This document shows, piece by piece, positions 36,137 to 45,157 of a stretch of DNA of 45,157 bases. The position numbers were made by a program, and so were the translations under genes. The number at the start of each line of letters is the position of its first letter. Positions within the stretch are counted from its first letter, which is position 1. This DNA comes from Nemertoderma westbladi (taxonomy: Eukaryota; Animalia; Xenacoelomorpha): contig JAUCBJ010001580.1 in NCBI GenBank assembly GCA_032718475.1, positions 1 to 45,157 on the forward strand, read 5' to 3'. The notes under the pieces are model-generated. The model ran no database searches and was not told the DNA's origin. It was given only the letters and a program-made list of their open reading frames with translations.

Positions 36137-37492
36137 ACATATAGAACATATAGAACATATAGAACATATTAGAACATATAGAACATATAGAACATATAGA
36201 ACATATAGAACATATAGAACATATAGAACATATAGAACATATAGAACATATAGAACATATAGAACATATAGAACATATAGAACATATAGAACATATAGAA
36301 CATATAGAACATATAGAACATATAGAACATATAGAACATATAGAACATATAGAACATATAGAACATATAGAACATATAGAACATATAGAACATATAGAAC
36401 ATATAGAACATATAGAACATATAGAACATATAGAACATATAGAACATATAGAACATATAGAACATATAGAACATATAGAACATATAGAACATATAGAACA
36501 TATAGAACATATAGAACATATAGAACATATAGAACATATAGAACATATAGAACATATAGAACATATAGAACATATAGAACATATAGAACATATAGAACAT
36601 ATAGAACATATAGAACATATAGAACATATAGAACATATAGAACATATAGAACATATAGAACATATAGAACATATAGAACATATAGAACATATAGAACATA
36701 TAGAACATATAGAACATATAGAACATATAGAACATATAGAACATATAGAACATATAGAACATATAGAACATATAGAACATATAGAACATATAGAACATAT
36801 AGAACATATAGAACATATAGAACATATAGAACATATAGAACATATAGAACATATAGAACATATAGAACATATAGAACATATAGAACATATAGAACATATA
36901 GAACATATAGAACATATAGAACATATAGAACATATAGAACATATAGAACATATAGAACATATAGAACATATAGAACATATAGAACATATAGAACATATAG
37001 AACATATAGAACATATAGAACATATAGAACATATAGAACATATAGAACATATAGAACATATAGAACATATAGAACATATAGAACATATAGAACATATAGA
37101 ACATATAGAACATATAGAACATATAGAACATATAGAACATATAGAACATATAGAACATATAGAACATATAGAACATATAGAACATATAGAACATATAGAA
37201 CATATAGAACATATAGAACATATAGAACATATAGAACATATAGAACATATAGAACATATAGAACATATAGAACATATAGAACATATAGAACATATAGAAC
37301 ATATAGAACATATAGAACATATAGAACATATAGAACATATAGAACATATAGAACATATAGAACATATAGAACATATAGAACATATAGAACATATAGAACA
37401 TATAGAACATATAGAACATATAGAACATATAGAACATATAGAACATATAGAACATATAGAACATATAGAACATATAGAACATATAGAACATA
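36137..37492. repeat. Near-perfect 9-bp tandem repeat (ACATATAGA)n, ~150 copies
   Basis: Invariant except for one extra T near 36170. Confidence 0.98.
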
Positions 37493-38159
37493 ATTATTAT
37501 AATTATTTACATAATTATATTATACATAATATATGTATGTTTGTTACACTGAAGTATATATCGGAAAATAAAAAAATTTCAATCGGAATTATAGTATCGA
37601 AATTATTTTGTAAACAAAATAAAATTTCAATTAGAACACTACGGTGTACATTGTGCATCCCACAGTAGAAAGTTTATTAGTTTATTACCACTATGTATAT
37701 ATTATACATTATATATTGATCTAATTGGATAGTGGATTTATCATGCAGCCAATTATTTTATTACAACAAATAAAAGATAGAGCGATACAGTGTTATACAC
37801 GTTCGTGGGGTCTTCGCGCAGCACGAGAGCCTATATTAGAAAGTACATTATACTAATCTCTATTAGATATACGAAAACCGTCTTTCCCAAAATATATATG
37901 AGTGAAGGCGATGTTATCAGTTTGTGATAAACTGTTGTAAAAAAAGAGATCCATTTCAGTTTTCCCTTACACACTTTAACTGTCATTTGTAATCCTTCTA
38001 AATAGGGCTATTTGAGTTAAGAATGACATTTTACATTTTACAATTTTACAAAGAACGTTTTACAATACTATTTTCATTCATTGGCCTCGTTGCGCTCGTC
38101 CTGTTTTGTCTTAAAATAATTTTCCTGAACGGAGACTAACGACCTTTATAACTATGCAA

Positions 38160-38420
38160 AAGGAATGTCGGAAGGTGGGAATGTGGATGGGAATGTGGTA
38201 AGATGGATGGGAAGGTGAGAATGTAGGACGATGCGAATGTGTGAGGGTGGTTGGGAAGATGGGAATGTGGGAAAGTAGATGGGAAGGTGGGTAGGATTGT
38301 GCGAATATGCGCAGGTGGGTGGGAATGTACGGAAATGGAAATGTGGGAAGATGGGTGGGAAGGTGGGTGGGAATGTGGGTGGGAAGGTGGGTGGGAATGT
38401 TATTGGGAATGTTGGGTGGG
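38160..38420. repeat. Degenerate G-rich ~12-bp minisatellite (GGGAA[TG]GTGGGT)
   Basis: Repeated GGGAATGT/GGGAAGGT/GGGT blocks with many GGG runs. Confidence 0.8.
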
Positions 38421-39043
38421 AAAAAAACTGATAATAAATATAGGTATTTATTATTAATTGCCTTACAGTCAGATAGGCCAACTGCATTACCTATCGGTAG
38501 CTAATAATAACCAGTAGCTATAAACTATTAACATGGCTCTAAACGCCACCATAAATATAAGCTAACTTTTTTATAACATAATTTATGTCATTTTAACATT
38601 TATTAATACAACAACTAATATAATTTGTGCAGTTTCTATCACTTATAATATATGTACAATCATTTCGTAATGTTAACATTTTGTAATTAAACTACATACA
38701 TACTTGTTGCAAAGTACTTTACAGTGTTTCAGAAACAAATAAAAAAAAATTCAAAATAAATTGGGTGCCTTTTAAAATGCAACGTTGTTTTTGACGCAAT
38801 GGTAGACTTTTCCCAGACTTAGTCGAGCCAGTAAATATAATATAGTCGTCACACTTGCTTGAAAATTATTAAATTATTTTTGATGTCTGTTTTGTTGATT
38901 TAAAAATTATTACAATATTTTTAATATGGGTTTTGTTAATTTAAACAAATAATTTGGTCAATTGACTGGATTACTTTGGAATAAAACTTCTTCATCACTC
39001 ACTTTTATTGCCGTCGATCGACAAATCGCCTGAAAACCTTCAG

Positions 39044-40090
39044 CTAAAATTCCTCAAACTCAATTCGATTGAGACATTTCGTTGAAATTGGCATTTCGAT
39101 TTCTTTTTGCCGTCGAAAATGTGATGCGTCCCCTTTTCCCACATCAGAGGGAGTAAAAGGGGCCTTAAATGTTTTCGTGAAAACCGAGTCCCAGTTAAAG
39201 TTGTGAAACCACGGGTGTGTTTTAATATCATTCACCCCGTTCTTCAGACAGCCGTAACGTTTACTCACGTCCTTCTGTAACAAGTTAGTAATAACGTCTT
39301 TCAATTCGGAACTGACTTTTGGGAAAACTATCCGTGCTTCTACTATGCTTTTATACAATTCCATGTGATCTTCGTTACGGAACGGGGGATGTCCGATTGC
39401 CAATTCGTAAATGAGTACGCCGACGGCCCACCAGTCCACCGACTTACCGTATCCGCGGTTCTCTAAGATCTCGGGGGCCAGATACTCCGGAGTGCCGCAC
39501 ATGGTGTAGGTTCGTCCAACAACCAGTTTGGTAAAACCGAAATCCGTTATCTTGATATAACCGCGGCTGTCAATTAATATGTTCTCAGGTTTAAGGTCGC
39601 GGTATATTAAATCCAAGCTGTGCAAATATTGGAATGCGAGAACGACCTGCGCAGCGTAAAATCTCGTATGAGATTCAGTGAATCTGCGTTGGTTCTGAAA
39701 GTAGTCGAAAAGTTCCCCACCATCTATAAACTCCATTACCATGTAAACATAAGAATTATCTTTGAAATGATAAGCAAGTGAAACTAAAAATGGGAAAGAT
39801 GTGCACGCCAATGTCTTTTTTTCTGACAAACAATGCGACAATTGTTTCGTTTTAATTATCAAAGACTTCTCTAGAATTTTCATAGCATAAAACTTTCTGG
39901 TCGGGATATGCTGAGCAAGTAAAACACGACCAAACGAGCCGGAACCCAAAGTACGCCCTTTTTTAAAATCAGCCATACAAGCATTGCTTTCAATGCGAGA
40001 ATTCCATTTCGAATTAAAACCGACTTTAGATTGTTCTATATATTTCTCCACAGCGCTGTTCTTTAAATTGCAGCCATACACATTGCCCAT
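39044..40090 (-). CDS. PKA-C: cAMP-dependent protein kinase catalytic subunit-like (348 aa, intronless)
   Basis: MGN start, GSGSFGRV loop, YAMKIL, DLIYRDLKPEN, DFG, TMCGTPEYLAPE, VDWWAVGVLIYE, GHPPF, C-terminal FEEF; uninterrupted; AATAAA ~35 nt past the stop (TTTATT at 39004-39009). Confidence 0.95.
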   Translation of the reverse strand: MGNVYGCNLKNSAVEKYIEQSKVGFNSKWNSRIESNACMADFKKGRTLGSGSFGRVLLAQHIPTRKFYAMKILEKSLIIKTKQLSHCLSEKKTLACTSFPFLVSLAYHFKDNSYVYMVMEFIDGGELFDYFQNQRRFTESHTRFYAAQVVLAFQYLHSLDLIYRDLKPENILIDSRGYIKITDFGFTKLVVGRTYTMCGTPEYLAPEILENRGYGKSVDWWAVGVLIYELAIGHPPFRNEDHMELYKSIVEARIVFPKVSSELKDVITNLLQKDVSKRYGCLKNGVNDIKTHPWFHNFNWDSVFTKTFKAPFTPSDVGKGDASHFRRQKEIEMPISTKCLNRIEFEEF

Positions 40091-40872
40091 ATTAAAGTTA
40101 AATTTAAGGTTCAATTAATTATGGTTAAAGTTTCAAAATCGTGACAATAAACCCGCAGAATTTGGCCTTCAGTAAAGCGCTGACTGAAGGCTGAATTTAA
40201 AACGATGTAGGCCCAAAATGGGCTAGTTCTAGAAATTTTAATTTACTGCAAGTTTGGGTACAAACTCAACAGGTTACTTCGCTAACATTAGTGGAAATTA
40301 ATATATTTCCTTGAGTACAATTGAATTTTTTTTTGAATGAGTTTCCTTAATATAATATGTGGGGTAATTTTTGATATAATTAAATACTGTATCCGACTTC
40401 TAGTTATTGAGATATTCAGTGTAGCAATTAATGTGCGACTGGTCAGTGTAAATAATATTACTTTCCCATTAAATCACAACTTATTGTGAAATGAAATCGT
40501 TCGCTAGATGCCATTTATTATATTTAATAAATACACAAAATTCTAGAACGTGTTTTTTATTTTATGAGTTGGTGGGCAACAGCGGTATTCCTATCCAATA
40601 TCTCTATTGTGTAGCTATTCATACCTAAACAAAATGTTCCAGAACATTGTGTATTTATTAAATAGAATAAATGGCATCTAGCGAACGATAATGGGGTAGA
40701 CGACTCGGAAATTTTTTTTCGAGTTTTCGTTGGTTTCATGTGAAAGAGCATGTGAAAAAACCCCAGAGAGCAATTTTACTTAAAAAAAATTAATATTTGC
40801 CGGGTTATAGCAATTTTAAAACGCAAAATTAGCAACATCGAAAAATCAGGCCGTTTCAGAAAACTGCACGAG

Positions 40873-40880
40873 TGACGTCA
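40873..40880. promoter_or_regulatory. Consensus CRE/ATF site TGACGTCA at the inner edge of the left TIR (mirror copy 42445-42452)
   Basis: Exact 8-mer; each copy has a CCAAT-box motif ~25-35 bp inward; function unproven. Confidence 0.4.
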
Positions 40881-41091
40881 GCCATAACACAGCAACAGTT
40901 GTCAAGCGCAGTTGATTGGCTAATATAAAGTATAATATTGCAGTATCTAAAATAAAACAAATAATAAAATGTAGCTATGTATTTATTTGGATGTGTATTT
41001 ATGTTGTGTTAAGAATCGATTATAGGATAGCGGCATGGAGGCAAATTATGCATATCAAGTTAATTATTCTAGAATAATATTTATTTCGCCC

Positions 41092-41280
41092 ATACCTGTA
41101 TCGTAGAGGTGTAGCTAAAAATAAATATAGCTAGCTAAATACTGCCAGGCGTTTCATTAATCTATTTTTTTTATTGTTTTTACATTTTATACCTGTATCG
41201 TAGAGGTGTAGCTAAGAATAAATATAGCTAGCTAAATACTGCCAGGCGTTTCATTAATCTATTTTTTTATTGTTTTTACA
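41092..41280. repeat. ~92-bp direct duplication (period 97)
   Basis: ATACCTGTATCGTAGAGG...TGTTTTTACA starting at 41092 and 41189. Confidence 0.9.
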
Positions 41281-41639
41281 GCGAACAATGCGGGATGGGT
41301 AGATTAGCACTAGATGGAAATTATTTAGATTTTTTGTCAGTTCACTGTAAAGTGTTACTGGTACTAGTGTTGCACGTGTCACCATTATTCTGCCTTTCAT
41401 AATAGCTGTTTTTGGTTTGACATCCAAAAATATCAAAATACCAAAACATAATGTTTTGGGCTATTGATTTATGTTCTTGACATATTTTGGCTAGTTACAT
41501 GTGAAAAAAAAAATGTTTTAAAGAAAATAAAAACAAATGTTTGTGGTAACTAGTGTTTTCAATGGTATGTACTGTTTTAATATTGTAGCTAGTGTTTTTA
41601 TAAAATACCACAAAATCTTATTTTTTGATCCCATTTCAG

Positions 41640-41941
41640 ATGCCATTACACCAACGCATGTGGTAGAAGTAAAATGTCCAACATCAAAACATGCCATTCA
41701 AAAATCTTATCTTACACAATCGAATATCGTAAGCGCTAAATTCATGTCACAAATCCAACTTCAAATGCTTCTTTGCAATAAACAATTGGCCTTGTTTAGT
41801 GTCGCAGATCCATCTTTTGAAATAAATGGCGAAGTGAAAATAGTTGAAGTATCATATGATTCCATATACATGCAAAGTTTACTGAAAAGTAGTCGTAGCT
41901 TCTGGAAGGAATATATATTTCCCAAAATTGTGAAAAAATAG
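41640..41941 (+). pseudogene. YqaJ/lambda-exonuclease-like PD-(D/E)XK nuclease, C-terminal exon
   Basis: DAI...VVEVKCP...QIQLQM...FWKEYIFP; preceded by a pyrimidine tract + TTTCAG acceptor (41634-41639); upstream exons not found. Confidence 0.75.
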
Positions 41942-43732
41942 ATAATTAAAAAATGTAAATTATACAGTAGTTATAGTTCAACTAAATTCTGATTAATGCT
42001 GATTGTATTGAGATGGCAGCTGAAGATACGACGTCATCCATTACAGCTACATGGACTAACTCTATCAATGCTTTTTGGAATTCAATAATTTAACTTGTAT
42101 AAAAATAATTACAATCGATAAAGTGCGAATCCACAATCCGAATCCGTAATATAAGATTTGAAGCTGAATAAAACATCAATAAGCTAATAGATTTCTACCA
42201 CCTGGCAGTTTTAGCTACAAAATATGTTTTATTTTTATAGCTAACAACTGTATAGTTTGGGATAAATAAATATTATTCTGGAATAATTAACTTGTTATGA
42301 ATCAATTTCCACATTAAGATATCAAATAATGTATTCTTAACACAACACAAAAACACACTAAATAAATATTAGCTACACAATTTATTTTAGTTACTAAGAG
42401 ATTTATATTGTATAGTAACCAATGAACATTTACTGCTGCACTAGTGACGTCACTAGTGCAGTTTTCTGAAACGGCCTGATTTTTCGATGTTGCTAATTTT
42501 GCGTTTTAAAATCGCTATAACTCGGCCAATATTAATTTTTTTTAAGTAAAATTGCTCTCTGGGGTTTTTTCACATGCTCTTTCACATGAAACCAACGAAA
42601 ACTCGAAAAAAATTTTCCGAGTCGTCTACCCCATTCTTGCAATCTTTGAACGGCTATATCTCAGCTGTTTCTCAACGAAATTCAGAAATTCTTACTTATT
42701 TTGAATCCTTGTAACGAAATCTTAATGTGAAGAATGGCAATGATACGGAGGGTACGAATTCGCAAAAGACACTTTTTTAAAACGCTTATTAAAAAAATTT
42801 AAAGGCGAAATAGAAAATTCCGGCTTCATTGTAACAACCACAGTGAGTTGAACTAGTTGTGTTTCAAATTTTAAGCAATATGATACAGATTTGTAGAAAA
42901 ATCTGGGGGGGGGGGGCGTGTCATCAGAAAATTACACTATACTACGGTTCATGGTGTATAAGCTCTTAAGTAATCGAATCTTGAGATTCCGTTTTATTCA
43001 ATGGAACTTCGAAATCCTACCAGCGCTGCACATGACTTCCCTTACGTGTTCGAAGGTAGGAATATTTATTAAATAAGAGTAAAATAAATAGTGATTAATT
43101 AAATAACATTTTTTCTGGTATGTGAATTCTTACATTTTTTAAATAAATTTTGAACACGTTTTAGAACAATTAAATCCCATGCTAATTAATACAAACATAC
43201 AACTTTTCTTTACTAAAAACTTACTTCTTACAAATCGAACGTTTTGTAAAAACGGAAAATATATGTTCTAGAAAGGTATTATTTTTAAAATAAATATATA
43301 ACATGTTTTGTAACCTTTCTATGCAAAAAGTATATACCAAAAACACTAGTTACCATAAAGTTTACTTCCCACAACACTCCCAAGATGTATAATTTCTAAA
43401 TATTATATTTGTAAATTCAACTTCAGTCAGCTTGCAGTTGTGCACATTTTCAAGACTTTTAGATCGCCTTAACATTGTGTGAACATTTCTTTAAAATATG
43501 GTAATAATCGATAATTTATCTGACTATCTATTCTAGAATTCTCATATTATTATATTGTCATATCTCCCATATAACTATTACTTTTATTTGTTGTAAGTCA
43601 CTTTTTTAGTCAAAGTCGTTAACAAAAAAAAAAAACAAAAAGCAATGTTTCCATGACATTAATAATAAAATTGCATTTATATAGAGAATAGATTACATAG
43701 AAAATTTATAATACTAGCTAGATTTTGCAAAT

Positions 43733-43927
43733 TTTTTTATAAATGTTATAGAACACGTGTTAGCTATACATTTTGAGAAACATTTTTTGTTCTAGAACAC
43801 TTTTTTTTGTTTTAGAATACATTTTATATTTTTTATATTAGCTAGTTTTTTCTACTTTTTTATAAATGTTATAGAACAAGTGTTAGTTATCATTTTGATA
43901 AATATTTTTGTTATAGAACACTTTTTT
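43733..43927. repeat. Imperfect AT-rich direct repeat (period ~123 bp)
   Basis: TTTTTATAAATGTTATAGAACA.GTGTTAG...TAGAACACTTTTTT occurs twice. Confidence 0.75.
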
Positions 43928-45157
43928 CAAGAACATTTTATGGAAAAAATATCATAATAGATATATATCATATCATATGAGAAGGTAAAATATTTGTTCT
44001 AAAAGAACCTCATTATAAAAGCCTTTTTATATGAAAAAATTGCTCAAACTCTGGGTACCCAAGGTGTAGCAATGCCCGTATTTCACTATGGAAGAAGCTG
44101 GATGATAGATATGCTGGAATAGGAACAGATAAAAGTGAGAAGACTTACAAATAAAACGACGTAATTAATTGGTGGCAAAAAATAACTTTTTTGTCTTGCT
44201 TTCTTTGTTTTGCCACCACTTAAATAGTTATTATTACAATTTTCGTTGGGCAGAGATTAGCGAATCCGGTAATAACGTCCAGGTGGGATAGAACTGTTGA
44301 CCCCCAGGTCTGGCACCAAGTAACCATTCCGCCAGCGAGTCCGATAATGGTGGACCGGAAATAATATCTGATCTTGTATGTCCGCAATATATGTTTCAAT
44401 GGCCTCTCCCAACTGTCAATACCAACATCTGCTGTCTCGCGCTCAACCCTATTGCATTTGGCCGTCTTTTACTTTTATTGAGAATTACTATGCTCAGTGT
44501 ACCTGGTTGTTAACCATCTTTTGGTTTTTCATTCTGTAAAAGACTATATTGTCTTCTTGAGGGCTTTTGTTCTGGAATATAAGTTTATAATTCTGTCATA
44601 CGGAGTAGCTATTGTTTTTAAAATTTCATTTTAAAAACGTTTTTTATTCTGAAATTGTTACTTTTCGCATCAATATCAGGAGAAAAGGAGAAAAATTTGT
44701 ATAGGATTGTAATGCTTTTACTTTTTTCATGGCGAAAAAAGTAAAATAAAATATTTTTGGTAGAATTTCTTAAATAGTATTACATGTGTTGAAAGAGCAT
44801 CTGAGTAGAAAAGCTTTACAAGTAATTTGAGCAAAATCATTCACACACTCAAAAGTTATTGTAACTTTAGCGTCTGCAAGGCGAACTCCAAAACGGAACT
44901 CAATTGAATATCCATTATTAGTTAAGCGGATCTATTAGTAAAGAGTGCTGGTACTTTTACAGTTTCCCCCCCACATTTTTCAAAATTTTATAACCTTTTA
45001 TAACAATCCATTTTATGGATTATGTGTGTTCCCAAATCATCTTCTAAAAGTTTTCCAATAAAAATATTATCAAAATCTTGTTCTAGAATTAGGATTCTAG
45101 ATTAGCTATTAAGAAATTATTTTTGACTGCAAAATTTTACTAATATTACTAATAATT

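Larger units (their letters stand above)
40693..42632. mobile_element. ISL2EU-like (PIF/Harbinger-related) DNA transposon, internally deleted
   Basis: 188-bp near-perfect TIRs (40693-40880, 42445-42632) starting GGGGTAGACGAC, degenerate extension to ~400 bp; AT on both sides (40691-40692, 42633-42634); YqaJ-like ORF inside. Confidence 0.8.

Noticed and set aside
36169-37491. 440-aa (MFY)n ORF
   Set aside because: Reading frame of a perfect 9-bp repeat.
44220-44470. GC-richer stretch with short open frames on the minus strand (IADIQDQIL)
   Set aside because: Too short; only a faint resemblance to a retrotransposon C-terminus; cannot be supported.

Overview
AT-rich, repeat-dominated eukaryotic (probably invertebrate animal) DNA. 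It holds one clearly intact host-type gene, an intronless, divergent cAMP-dependent protein kinase catalytic subunit (minus strand, 39044-40090). The most structured region is ~2.0-14.3 kb, a head-to-tail stack of eight non-autonomous rolling-circle (Helitron/Helentron-like) units. All eight end in a short inverted repeat + GC hairpin + CTAG; the seven with an identifiable start begin TTA, and six carry a 5' hairpin. Two end families (A and B) show covarying 5'/3' subterminal inverted repeats and are joined to each other base-precisely. Some units are chimeric or carry satellites and a piggyBac-type MITE. The rest comprises: a frameshifted PHD-finger pseudogene, two BEL/Pao remnants, two copies of an RTE LINE, a degraded CR1/L2-group LINE, a 3.4 kb (GTAGGY)n satellite, a 1.35 kb near-perfect (ACATATAGA)n tract, and an ISL2EU-like DNA transposon derivative (AT TSD, 188-bp TIRs, YqaJ-like nuclease exon) whose TIRs place CRE sites upstream of the PKA gene. 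Most long ORFs in the track are repeat artefacts. All family assignments come from motif recognition by eye, not database searches.
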